This document shows positions 21,391-33,749 of a stretch of 44,107 nucleotides of DNA, piece after piece. Position numbers and translations under genes: made by a program. Location of the stretch: positions 1-44,107 of the forward strand of contig MCFE01000699.1 in the NCBI GenBank assembly GCA_002104905.1, in the 5' to 3' direction. The notes below the pieces were generated by a model. It saw only the letters and a program-made list of their open reading frames with translations. It searched no databases and was not told the origin of the DNA. The number at the start of each line of letters is the position of its first letter. Positions within the stretch are counted from its first letter, which is position 1. This DNA comes from Basidiobolus meristosporus CBS 931.73 (Eukaryota; Fungi; Basidiobolomycota).

Positions 21391-21757
21391 TGTTACAAGT
21401 CTTGGTATAAGAGTTGTAGAGGAATAGGGAGTTTAGCTAGTATTGTATTCACTAAAACTTGAACTGATTTTTATTGAGGCTCAGCAGCTCCTTATATACA
21501 TTTTGCCAGATCAATTGCTGACTAATTGTATTTCCTAATGTAGGTTGTGGCTGATGACTCATTTGATTGCATCATCATCACCCAATAAGATCCTACTTAA
21601 TATATCTATTTCTGTCTGATAAGGATCTGCTGATTCATTTGCTGACTAATGCTACTGATTTCATAGATAATACTGATGTACTGATAACCTAAACATATAC
21701 TAACTGATTTGACTAAAAACTGATCTAACTTAAACATTCAAGCGGCAGATCATAACA
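21391..21757 (-). mobile_element. Solo LTR Y (367 bp) of an unrelated family inside the copia D RNase H tail
   Basis: TGTTA...TAACA termini with TATG duplicated (21387-21390 and 21758-21761). The empty site in copy C is GGTAAATATGTCTGC. TATATAA then AATAAA on the minus strand. Confidence 0.85.
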
Positions 21758-23305
21758 TATGTCTGCAATCATTTCATATGTAGGACAGTAAGCTAAGCTA
21801 GCAAAGTTATTCTCTATAGCTTCACATACAAAATAATGTCTAATATCTATGTGCTTGGTTCTAGCATGAAAAGTTGGATTTCAACCTAATGGTATACATC
21901 CTTTATTATCTTGAAATAAAGTAATAAGTGTTTTTTGACATAGACATAAATCTGTAAAAGCTTTCTTAACCACATTGCTTCTTTTGTAGCTTCAAAGGCT
22001 GCCATATACTCTGCCTCTGTAGTAGAAAGTGCTATGGTTGGTTGCTTTCTTGAGTTCCATGATATTGCTCCTTTGCAGTTAAGAAAGTTGTATCCTGCGG
22101 TGGATCTTCTGTCCGCTAAATTTTGTCCCCAATCAGCATCAGAGTATCCCACAAGATCCTGTTCTGAATCCTTATAAGTGTATTGTAAGCAGATATCATC
22201 AGTTCCTTTTAGGTATCTTAAAATATGCTTAACTGCTGCAATATGATCAGATCTATAGTTCCAATTATGTTGGCTGACAACTCCCACTGAATATGAGATA
22301 TCTGGACGTGTTCCAAGCATGATATACATCAGACTGCTGATCATAGATTGATAAGGAAAGTCATGGCTTTCAGATGGCACCAAGCGCTCTTGATTTGGCT
22401 GAGTTTTGACCAAGCTAAGGTTTGTCTCCATTGGAGTAGCTGCCGGTTTACAGTCTTCCATTCAATGCTACTTTAGTATATCCTGAATATACCTGGATTG
22501 GCTCAGGGTAATAGTCTGGGTACTTCTGTCTATGGAGAACTTAATCCTTAAGTAGTAACTGAGTTCTCCTAGATTGGACATCTTGAGCTCATAGATAGGC
22601 TGCACTTAGACTCTTCCAAATGTTGCTAGGTTATTGGTGGCTACAATAAGATCATCCACATATAGAGCTAATAGAGCTGAATTTGCTCTATCTGGCTTAT
22701 AGTTTATACCATAGTCAGCATTACTCCTCTTGAAACTCAAAAATTCCAAATAAGAATCTATGTTGCAATTCCAGGCTCTTGGTGATTGTCTGAGACCATA
22801 TGGTGACTTTTTAAGCTTGCAGACCAAATGGGGATTATCATGGTCAGCAAGCCCATCAGCGTGGTCCATATACATGTCCTCATCAAGTTCTTCACTTAAA
22901 AATGCAGTTTTTACATCCATTTGATGTATAAAAAACTTATTTCTGGATGCAATGGCCAATATTAATCTGATTAAATTAAACTTGGCTACCAGTGCAAAGG
23001 TCTCAGTATAGTCAAGTCCTTTTGTTTGAGAGTATCCTTTCACCACAAGTCTTACTTTGTATATTTCAATTGTACCATCAGCCTTGTATTTTGTCTTGAA
23101 GACCCATCTGCATCCAATTGATTTTTGGTTGATTGGTAATTTGACTAAGTCCCAAGTTTGATTTTCCATCAGGGCCTGATATTTTCAGTCATTGCAGATC
23201 TCCAAAACCTTGTCTGAGCACTATTTATGGCCTCTTTTACTGTCTTGGGTTCATCAATATGAACTGAATAGGCGCAGGCTAAGTTTGGACCCTCATTGAT
23301 ATAGT

Positions 23306-24038
23306 AGACTTGTTCCGTTGGATAGTGCCACATTGAGCCATGAGTGCCAAATGATGCCATAGTATGCCAGAGAGGCCAAGTGAACCGATACTTGGCCACA
23401 GAGTGCGAAGCATAGCTCTGCATCTTCATGCAAAGTAGCCCCTGTGTCTCACCTATGATGCCGGAGAAAATCCATTTTTTGATGTTTTTTTGTGGATCAA
23501 TGTTGTGCAGGATGTGTAGGAGCACAAAAGGATTGAAGATATGCATCTGATACTCAATACCCATGGCACTATGAATCTAGCTCCTGTGGCTTGTAACATG
23601 TCAAAAGAATGAATGGCACTATCTTGTTTCACTGGTACTATCTTGCACAATATTTAATTATTAGCCCTAAAGTAAGATCAATATAAAGCACTTATAGTGC
23701 CAGATAGTACCAGTGGACCAAGATAGTGCCATGCATTGTTGTGACATGTTACAAGCCACAGGAGCTAGATTCAGTGTGCCATGGGCATTGAGTACCTTAT
23801 GCATGTCTACAGTTCTTTTGTGCTCTTACACATCCCATACAACATTAACCTAAAAAAAAGGTCAAAAAATGGATTTTCTCCAGCACAATGGGTGACACAC
23901 AGGGGCTGCTTTGCATGAAGATGCAGAGCTATGCTTTGCACTCTGTGGCCAAGTATAGGTTCACTTGACCTATCTGGCATACTATGGCATCATTTGGCAC
24001 TCATGGCTCAATGTTGCACTATCCAACAGAACAAGTCT
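23306..24038. mobile_element. Foldback/MITE-like non-autonomous derivative of the Harbinger-like family (733 bp)
   Basis: Inverted arms of about 345 bp around an AT-rich spacer of about 40 bp. Termini AGACTTGTTC(C/T)GTTGGATAGTGC. TSD AGT at 23303-23305 and 24039-24041, checked against the empty site in copy C (about 17307). Confidence 0.9.
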
Positions 24039-26731
24039 AGTATTTTGAGCTATTTCTTGTCCAATTGGATCTCTAGGCATTGGATACTGGAATGATCACT
24101 TCTGGGTTATTCCTGGGCACTGATTCTGGCTGAACCTTGGTTGTAGAGTCCTCTGGAGTGAAAGATATCATGTTGTTTTGCTGTGATTCAGTCCTGACAA
24201 ATTGGTGGACTTGAGATCAGATTTTCTTCATCACCTGATGTCCTTTTTTGTGAAAATTTGGAATTTTCATCAAGCAATACATCCCTGGACTTGATTAGCT
24301 TCTTTGCTTTGGTATTGTAGAGTCTGTTTGCTTTACCCTCATTGCAGTAACCCAAAAATATGCATTTTACATTTTTGGTTCAAATTTGACTGCTTTCCAG
24401 GCAGTTTCTTGACATATGCTGTACACCCAAATATCCTTAGATGTTCTGCACTTGGTTGGTATCTTGTCCATGCTTCAAATGGAGTAGAACCATAAAGTAT
24501 TCTGTTATAACTCCTATTTTAAGATATACAGCAGTGGCGACTAATTCCACCCAAAAATCATAGGATAATTTTTGATCATGGATCATAGATCTTGCCATAT
24601 CAATAATTGATCAGTTAGCATACTCTGTTACTCCATTTTGCTGTGGGGAGTATGGTATGGTAGTCTCTTGCTTTATCTCATGAATTTTGCAGAAGTATAT
24701 GAAGAGTTTTGAGGTATATTCTCCACCATTGTCAGAGCGTATTTCTTGGTTTTTCACCAGTTTCTCACTTCACCATGGCTTTAAACTCCCTGAACTTACA
24801 CATAGCTTCTTCCTTTCTCTCCATGAAGTAGACCCATATGTATCTTGTACAATCATCAATTAAAGATACTAAATACTTCATCCCTCCTGAGGATAAATTT
24901 GCATAGGTCCGCGAAGATCTGAATGCATTAGAGCTAATTTTTTCTTAGTTTTGACTAACACAGAGATCTTGAATGGTTGTCTGGCTTGTTTCACAAATAT
25001 GCAGGCTTCACAGTGCTTCAAACTAGCTGGGGGATCAATTTTTACTCCAGAAATTAGCTGATCATTGATCATTTTGCACAAATAATCAAAATTGATGTGC
25101 CCAAACTCCTGTACCAAAGCATTGGTGTTTCTTCATTTAAGTTACTTATATTGGCTTTCAAATATGATGGAATATAAGTCAAGTTGTATAGATTCTGATC
25201 TCTGATACCATAAGTAATACAGGCACCATTGTGATCAGTGATCTTGTATCCAGAATTGTCAAAGCTGAAACTGAGTACTTCTGCAGTGGCCTTGTTTACA
25301 GATAGTAGGTTCTTGGCTATTTCTGGTACATAGAGTACTTCTTTAAATATCAGTGTATGGCTTCCTTTACTGCTTCTTAGGTTTACTAGATAGTTCCTTC
25401 TCCCACTGCATTGAGTGTTCTATTGTCACCCATGAAAACCTTCTGAATTGGAATTTCTTAATATTGGGTAAAAAGTTCTTTTTGGTGTGTAAAGTGTTGA
25501 GATGCTACAGAGCCAATATAACAGGTCTGAGAATCCTTGTTTGTGGTCATATTTAGTGCAGATATGAATAGTCTATCTTCAGTTGTTGCAGCATTTCCAT
25601 ATTCAGGCTTTTTCTGCAGACTATCTTTCTTTTCAAAGCACCGGTCTGATGTGTGTCCTTTTCTTTTGCAGTAGTTGCAAAACAGGTTACTGTTGCCTTT
25701 GTAGGGTCATGGGTACCTCCTTTGTTGGTTATCATTGCTTATTAAAGCATTTTCTTCTTCCTTCTTATTGGCGCCTAATTTTCTTAATTCTTTATCCAGT
25801 AGCCTTCCATATATTTAATTCAAGGTCAGATCTTCAGTTCTGGACTCTAGGGCTGATACAAGACCCTGAAACATGTCTGTCAGGCTATTCAGGATGGTGA
25901 CTACCACATTTTCATCAGTACTTGGTATGCCCACAGATTCCATTTCATCTACAAGCAGGGTAATTCTGTTAATTATATTTTTCACTTCTTCTACTGGCAG
26001 TATCTTTGTAGTAAAGAATTTTTGTCTCAGATACATTTTCTTAGCAGCTGAACATGACTGGTAGGTGTCTTCAAATGCCTTCCAGGCATTCTTTGCCATT
26101 TTTGCTCTTGAGCATTGAATTAGCAATTTGTCCTTAATATTAAGGCAAATGCAGTTAAAGGCACTTTGTTCTTTCTTCTGGTACTTTAAGGCTCCCTCTC
26201 CCACGTTTTTAGGAGGGCATTCTTCTCCCATGACAATATCCCAAAGGCCTCTTTCTTGTAGCAGCATCTTCATCTTCACCTTCCACACTTGGTAGTTAGA
26301 TCCATCTAACTTTTCAGCAAAGGGAAAAATTCCAGTAATAGCAGTTGTAGACATTGCAGAGAGCAGCAGTTTGGGGCTCGTAACCTGTTGTAAGAGTCTT
26401 GGAGATATTGGAAGTGATTGGGAGGACAAGTAGATTATGTGGTTTTCACATAATGATTTATTGATAGTGAAAGTAATATTTATACCATTACATGGTCTTG
26501 GCATAGCAAACTTGTAGAATAGGTTAAGGAAGGACCCAAGAGCATGTGTAAAGCTTGGGGCTGTTTGGACAAATGAGAGAATTTTCATGTTCTGGGTACC
26601 TGGTATTTTGGTGAAAATATTCTAGTAAATTCCAACAAGGAATTTGGTCAGTATTTTCCAGAATTCAAAGATAATGATATAAGTGACCAAGTTAGGTGAA
26701 TATTTAGGTGGAAATACAGGTTTTTACAGCG

Positions 26732-27420
26732 GATGTGACAAGTGGGCATTGGTGATCCACTTCTGGATAAATATTCCTACAATGTCCACATATTACTCCC
26801 AATGCTTCCAATGTACTCTTGGTAGGAATGGCCTCAGAGTACCACTTGAATAAATTCACATCCAGTTCATCCAGTCTTTGCATTTGTATAGTTGCATATG
26901 CATATGGATATGGATTGGAATTGTTGAGAAGTGCCTAGAGTAGCAGATACTCTGTAATATCAAGCCAATTCTTTGAAACTTCTCTGGTATCTTGAAGGGC
27001 TCATTTAGCTTGAAATGCCCCAAATACATCTGAGTAATCAGTATAGCGATAATTCTGAGAAGCAAACCAATTGCTCTCGGTGGAAAGCTTTTGCTTCAAA
27101 CAGATACCCTCTACCCTAAGTATCTCTGGTTTCCAAATTATTCCATATTCCAGCCAATGACTTATTGCATGCCAACTTTGCTGCAATTGCATGCTTACTT
27201 CTGTACATTCTCTCTGTAGGAAGATGATGTTCTTAGTGCTGGTGTTGGGGTAATAATAATTTTGTGTGAGCTATGGGGTAAATCCCCTGGATCTCACACG
27301 GTCAACAGCAATACCATCCATTGTGCACAGAAAAGCCAGCTATCTTGCTGATGGCTGGGGCATCTCCAATGCGGATGATAATATGCGCTTCAACATGACA
27401 GCCATCTAGCATCAGTTGAA
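26732..27420 (-). pseudogene. CACTA-like transposase remnant copy 2, N-terminal piece
   Basis: Continues the frame broken at 20950. The minus strand near 27300-27400 encodes GDAPAISKIAGFSVHNGWYCC*PCEIQG, resembling the Transposase_21 D.PA...GH.G..pC..C motif. Confidence 0.7.
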
Positions 27421-27468
27421 GACTATCAAGCAGCCTTCATAACATCACCACCACCCACATTAGCAACT

Positions 27469-27828
27469 ATGTGGTCAGCTCATACTAAAGCATTAATGAA
27501 GCAATTAGGTGCAGTGGCTGATAGGATACATGCAATGGCCCAGAGAAATCAGAAAATAGTCCTGAAACAGAATGAGCAGATAAAAGGTGTAGAGCAATCA
27601 ATATACCAGGTAGAGAAAGCAGTATCTTTGCTGCAAAGAATGATCTCAAGTAGCACAATGTCACAGCCAAGAGTTAAGCAATTTCCCAATGTAACTGCAG
27701 AGGAACACCACAGAGTCTTTGAATCACCACAGTGGTGCCCAAAGATAAAACCCTCAGAAAAACCTGTTACAACATGGGAGGGAGACAATGTGGAGCTTAT
27801 ACCAAAACCCAAAATCAAAATATGTTGA
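27469..27828 (+). CDS. Orphan ORF with a predicted coiled-coil N-terminus, possibly the second gene of the CACTA-like element
   Basis: 119-aa ORF. A degenerate homolog at about 31820-32340 conserves the plus-strand frame (IPKPK, CN.EE). The original gene probably continued past 27828 in another frame. Confidence 0.45.
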   Translation: MWSAHTKALMKQLGAVADRIHAMAQRNQKIVLKQNEQIKGVEQSIYQVEKAVSLLQRMISSSTMSQPRVKQFPNVTAEEHHRVFESPQWCPKIKPSEKPVTTWEGDNVELIPKPKIKIC

Positions 27829-27984
27829 GGATCTGTAAAGCCATTAAGTGCAATAATGAAGAGTAGGCTAATACTCAAGAGGCTGTCAAAATTCTATCAT
27901 GCCAAAACCTTAAGGCCAGCATACCATGGGACCATCAGGAACACAAGGCCAAGCAGAATGCACTTGACTTGTTCCATGGGCAGT

Positions 27985-29729
27985 CAAGATTGAATAAAAG
28001 TAAAACAACAATAATTTCTCGCTCCAGAAGACTCTACAACTGTGGTTCAGCCTCAACAAGTCCCTAGTAATATCCCAGAAGTGATCAATTCAGCATCACA
28101 AACCAGGAGATCTGACCAGACCAGAAATAGCCCAAGTTAATATATGATTGGGGGTACAAGCTTAGCATATGCCTAATTAGTCATACTGATGTGCTCCAGA
28201 CTGCAAAAGAGGCCCTAAATAGCCCACATTCAAAGGTTTGGCAATCACTGAGGAGTATTAGTCCCTGATGGAAAATCAAACTTGGGACTTTGTCAAAAAT
28301 ACTAATCAACCAAAATCAATTGGATGCAGATGGGTCTTCAACACAAAATACAAGGCTGATAGTACAATTGAAATACAGAAAGCATGATATGTAGCTAAAT
28401 AATACCCTCCAACAGAAGGACTTGAATACACTGAGACCTTTGCACTAGTAGCCAAGTTTAACTCCATCAGATCAATAATGGTTGTTGCAGCCAAATATAA
28501 GTTTTTATACATAAATCCATGTAAAAGCTGCATTGTTGCATGGGGAACTTGATGAAGACATGTAGAGGGACCAGCCCAATAGGTTTGCTGACCAAGATAA
28601 CCCCCACTTGGCCTGTAAGCTTGAAAATCTCTATGGAGTCTAACTTCTACTTGGAGCCTGGAATTGTAAGATAGATTCTTGTTTGGAATCTTTGAGCTCC
28701 CACAGGAGTACTGCTGACTATTTTATTCACTATGAGCCAGACAGAGCAAATCCAGCTCTACTAGCTCTATTGGTGAATGACCTTATTATAGCTGCCAATA
28801 ACCTAGAAACATTGGAAGAGATTAAATCAAGCCTATCAAAAGAGTTCAAGATATCTTATCAAGGAGACCTCAATAACTACTTAGGGATAAAGCTAACCAT
28901 AGACAGAAGTACCCAAAATATTACCCCTAACCAATCCAAGTATATTCAAGATATACTAAAGAAGTACTAAATGGAAGAATGTAGACTGACAGCTACCCCA
29001 GTGGAAACAAACCTTAACTTGGTCAGAACTCAAACAAATCAAGATTGCTTGGTGCCATCTGAAAGCCACAACCATCCTTATAAAGCATTAGCTGGCAATC
29101 TGATGTATGTTGTGCCAGGAATATGCCTAGATTTCTCATATTTAGAGGAAGTTGTCAGCCAGCATAATCAGAACTGTGGATCTGATTGCATTGCAACAGT
29201 GAATTCAATTTCTAGGTACCTAAAAGAAACTACTGATATCCTCATAAGGTGCAGCTCTATGAATTTGGAACAAGATCTTATGTTGAAAAACGCCTATCTC
29301 ATTATCTCAAGATAGTCAAGGATGTATACAATTAGGTGGAAATCCAACTTTTCATACTAGAACTAAGCACTTAGGTATTAGACATCATTTCATATGTGAA
29401 GTTATAGAGTATTGCTTGGTTAGCTTAGTTTACTGTTATATAGATGATATCATTGCAGGTTTATTTATCAAACCCTTAACTAGAGAAAATTTGAATATCT
29501 CAGGTCAAAATTAGGACTAGTCAGTATGAGCATATAGTTGAGTAGGATTATTTTAAGAATTTGTAATTCCACCCAGAAACTTGCCAAACTTAGTCACTTA
29601 GATCATAACCTACAAGCATTAGAGAATTACTGACCAAACTCTTTGTTAGGATTTACCTAGAATATTTCACCAAGATATTGGGTACCCAGAACATGCAAAT
29701 TCTCAAAGTTCTTTAAAGAGCCCCAAACT
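27985..29729 (+). mobile_element. Copia copy E, heavily decayed 3' remnant (post-integrase linker, RT, RNase H, PPT, partial 3' LTR 29549-29729)
   Basis: Reverse complement of about 15550-17470 with many stops and a deletion. It is the only copia copy on the plus strand. Confidence 0.85.
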
Positions 29730-31690
29730 GTCCCTATAAAGAATAAGTTGGTCTCACTGGTGGATCCAACCCAGATCAGCTGTCAAGATCCCATCAGGAG
29801 ACCATTATATTACCGGCAGCTTAGAATTATTAACCCTCCGCGCAATCTTTTGGTGGGACTGCAACAGCTTTTGGCTACTTTTGCTGCCAAATAAAGCTAA
29901 AAATATAAAAGTGTTTGGGTGATATTTTGCCAATGGTGGCATGGAATTGTTGTGGTCTTAGTGCACACCACAATCATTTCACTAGATCTAACCAGCCAGT
30001 ACATCTGATTGCCTTATATGGCATGACACTTGATGCTGCTTCAACAACCTCATTGCAGGACTTTGATGGCATTATAGCAGCAGTATGTAGGTCTACAGCT
30101 AGCTCTGTATAATGCTACCATACCAATTTCCCAAGTGGTATTTCATATTTCTACCTCCCCTTGTGCAACTCATATATTCCACGGTTTAATCACCCTTCTT
30201 TATTTGCTTACCCACTATTACCTTGGATATTCCACATATAGTTGGAATAAGAAAACTATGGCTTCCTGCTTACTAACCTCTGCATACATGCACACTGCTG
30301 CAATTGACATACTTCTATTTTCTCAAGTTTACGGCTTTTTAGTGTGAAACATGCAGAGTTGCCATGCACCTTGTACTGCTGGTAACATATACATCTGCAA
30401 ACATATGCTTGGTTGTTGCCACTTCTGCCATGAATACCCCCTAGATTTTCTACAAGGAACTTATTGTTAATTGGCCAATATATTCCTTCTCCCTGCCGGA
30501 TTCTAGTCCCCCTTATAGGTGTACTGTGGCTCTTGTTTGTGTGAGCTCCATATGAAATGGTGTAGATGTTGCCTTGTGCCTATGAGAAATTCAGTATAGC
30601 TTGGTAGAGATTTCCTAATAGAAGTTAGTTGCTTGTTGCACCCCACCCAACTTTGCATTACTTGGCTGATTACACACGCATTTGGGCTGCTTAGCTTCTT
30701 AATGTAATAGGCATAGGTGTCTCCATGTGCACATCTGTCCTCAGTATTTTCCAACTCTTCCTGACTGTCTTCAATGTGCCAGCTAATCATATCCCTGACA
30801 GACTCAAGGGTGATATTCTTGAAGAGATAGGATATTGTAATATCTGCTACTTGACTTGTCATTCCTATCTACCTACACTTCTGCTCCATTGATAGCTACA
30901 AAAAGGTGATGCAAGACTCAATATTTGCAATCCACTAAGCAAGATGGAGTAGAAAATGAACACAGTAGCAGCAGAGATTTATGATTCAGCGATATGCCTA
31001 GTGTATAGCCACTCAAATCCCATTACAGACTCCTTGCACAAAGCTGTAGATACCTCAAGTTTGCATTGATGATCTGCTTCTGGATAAATATTCCTACAGT
31101 GTCCATATTTAATCCCAAAGCTTCCAAAGTACTCTTGGTAGAAATGGCTTCAGAAGGCTACTTGAGTAAATATATATCCTGTTCATCCAGTCCTTGCATT
31201 TTTATTGTTGCATATACGTATGAATATTAATTGGAGCCTGTGAAAAGTACTTAAAGTAGTGGATACTCTGTAGTATCTTGCCAATTCTCTCAAATTTCTT
31301 ATACATTCAGCTTTATGTTTGTAGTATAGCCACTCAAATCCTGTCACAAACTCCTCACACAACAGCTCTAGATGTATCAAGTTGGCATTGGTGATCCGCT
31401 TCTGGATAAACATTTCTACAATGTCCACATATGACTTGCAATGCTTCCAATGTACTCTTGGTAGGAATAGCTTCAAAACACCACTTGAATTAATATATGT
31501 CCAGTTCATCCAGTTTTTGCATTTGTATTGTTGCATATGCTTATGAATGCTGATTAGAGCTTGTGAGATGTACTTAGGGTAGCAGATACTCTGCAATATC
31601 TTGCCAGTTCTTTCAAATATCTCTGGTATCTCAAATGACATATTTAGTTTGAAATACTCCATGTACAACTTAGTCATCAGTACAGGGATA
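29730..31690 (-). pseudogene. CACTA-like element copy 3 (transposase remnant), empty at both copia insertion sites
   Basis: ORF 31183-31785 contains LKLFLPRVHWKHC...EEFVTGFEWLYY. It carries the empty sites GCTCTGTATAATGC and CTAGATGTATCAAG and an internal tandem duplication. Confidence 0.75.
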
Positions 31691-31789
31691 AGCAGGCAAC
31701 TGGATATCTCTGTGGTGCTGCAAGCAGACCATAATCCAGGGGCTGAAAAGAATATAACAATTGCAGTATCTACAGCAAAAACCACTAGG

Positions 31790-32345
31790 TAGCTGTTGTA
31801 ACATCACCACCTGAATAATCATGTGTGTTGTCAGCTCATACCAATGCTTTAACAATGCAGCTAGTGCAGTGACTGAAGGGACAGATGAATTGGCCCAGAG
31901 AAATCAGGAAATACTTTAGAAGCAGGATGAGGGGATAAAGGTGTATAGCAATCAATATCCCAGTTAGGGAAAGCATTATATTTACTGCAACAAAGGAATT
32001 TAAGTAGCTTAATAATGATACAACCTTGTATTGAGTCATTTCCCAATATAGCAGCAGAGGAATACTGTACAGTCCTTGAAGCCCAATATCAGTGCGCAAG
32101 AATAAAGCACACAATAACACCTATTGCAGCATGGAAGGGAAAAGCTGCGGTGTTTATACCAAAGCCTAAAAATCAAAAGACATTGATGATCTATGAAGGC
32201 ACTAAGTGCAATGATGAGGAGTGGGCTAATATTGAAGAGGCGGCTAGAAGTCTAGCACACCAACACCCCAAGAGTGGCTTAACATAGGACCATCAGAAAC
32301 TCAAGGCCAAGCCAAATGCACTTAACCTGTTCCATGAGCATTGTC
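31790..32345 (+). pseudogene. Degenerate second copy of the orphan ORF
   Basis: Collinear with about 27440-27980; fragments 31836-32120 and 32015-32287. Confidence 0.6.
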
Positions 32346-32602
32346 TAGATGCAAACATGCAAACCAATTTTGGGTCAGCAATAGTACGCTAAGAAACTAT
32401 CTCAAGAATAGCAGAAACTAGACTTGTTCCATTGGATAGTGCCACATAGTGCCAGCCTGTTTATGGTGCCGGATCAATCTGGCACTCTACGGCACTATCT
32501 GGCACTATAATCTCTACCATGATGCCTGTGGTATGATACAGCTACTGGTAATTTTACTCATTCTTACTTATGTTGCTCAGAATAGTGCTTTCCTTGCTTT
32601 AT

Positions 32603-33487
32603 TTACTCTTCATAATGCTCCAGACACATTACTCTCAGTGGATGTCTTCTTGTATGAACATACTGTGCATTAATAAGTATCTTAACTATTTTACCTATTC
32701 TGCTGTTTTCTCCTATATATGACTTTCCTCTGTATTTACCTGCCAATATGCTGAATCTCTTCAGATATCCAAATGTGTGCTCTACCCTTACTCTGAAATG
32801 ATTAAATATCTCATTGTAGAGCTTCTGCTTCCTGCTAAGTACACCATTCCTTGGCTTCCTATAAGCTGTAATACATCTTAATCTCTGACAATCCTCTCCT
32901 ATATAAGCTAAGTCTGTCAAGCATTTCTCCCCTCTACTGAATTCAGGATGATTCTCTACCCAGAGTGCTTTGTCATGCCTACTTCCAGCAAATGGCACAC
33001 TAAACCAGATGTTGTTACCCTCAATGTCAGACAGTGCTTGAAACTTCACACAGTGTGCCTTGTACTTGCCAGAATAAAAGTGCCTCTGCCCTCTAGAAGG
33101 TCTGTTAATCCTCACTGGGAAGGTATCCAAAATACTCCTGATATGGAACCTGTTGCTGAACACTCTGGGATATGGAAGTCTATTGGAGCTTCTGAACCTA
33201 GTATTCCAAGCTTGCTCTAAGTCATTCATACCCTCTGCAAGGTGGTTCTCCATTGCTGTCAGCTGGGAATGAAAGCTTCTAGGACTTTTGTTGCCATGGA
33301 TGGTGGGATGAAACCTGGTAGGGCAATAGTTCTTGTAACAGCAGAGAAGCTTGACAAGGGATCTCCTTGAGTAGATTGGGGTTGATGGTCCACAGTACTT
33401 GGAATAGATCTCCTCTAGTGTGTCAAAAGGAAATCCAGTGGTAGTGATGGGATTGATGAGAAAAGACCATTCAGATGAGTAAGTCAT
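32603..33487 (-). CDS. Compact DDE_Tnp_4 transposase (294 aa, open frame)
   Basis: ILDTFP, YSGKYKAHCVKFQ, GSRHD, TDLAYIG and RVRVEHTFGYLK are the DDE motifs of PIF/Harbinger/IS5-type enzymes. Confidence 0.9.
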   Translation of the reverse strand: MTYSSEWSFLINPITTTGFPFDTLEEIYSKYCGPSTPIYSRRSLVKLLCCYKNYCPTRFHPTIHGNKSPRSFHSQLTAMENHLAEGMNDLEQAWNTRFRSSNRLPYPRVFSNRFHIRSILDTFPVRINRPSRGQRHFYSGKYKAHCVKFQALSDIEGNNIWFSVPFAGSRHDKALWVENHPEFSRGEKCLTDLAYIGEDCQRLRCITAYRKPRNGVLSRKQKLYNEIFNHFRVRVEHTFGYLKRFSILAGKYRGKSYIGENSRIGKIVKILINAQYVHTRRHPLRVMCLEHYEE

Positions 33488-33749
33488 ATTAAAATTGGTG
33501 GATGAATGTATAAAGGCGGTTTAAATTGATTTGGCACGATCCGCCTTATTTATCTGATTTTTAATACATTATGTTTAAATCTCCATCAATTGCCATGTAT
33601 CCCATCATTATGTCGCAAAAATCATCCGCAAACAATGCCTTGGTACTTTCATTGATGCTTTAATCATAGGTCAATAATCAAATAGGAAATCTGCAATTGA
33701 TGTGATCTGATCTGTGTCAACGCAATCCGAGATGCATCATGCATAATAT

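Larger units (their letters stand above)
20951..26731 (-). mobile_element. Near full-length Ty1/copia copy D (degenerate)
   Basis: 5-bp TSD GATGT at 20946-20950 and 26732-26736. LTRs 20951-21300 and 26386-26731. PPT 21301-21309 and PBS GGTTACGAGCCC. RT LYVDDL lies in ORF 22606-23169 and the gag ATG is at 26354. Confidence 0.95.

Noticed and set aside
27966-27978. GACTTGTTCCAT resembling the Harbinger TIR
   Set aside because: It lacks the AG terminus, ANT flank and subterminal motifs. It is not conserved in the paralogous segment (AACCTGTTCCAT), so it is likely a chance match.
29755-29759. CACTG here and CACTA at 13738 as CACTA-element termini
   Set aside because: Homology between copies extends left of CACTG (to 5660-5694), and the CACTA at 13738 is part of the gypsy LTR end. 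True termini were not found.
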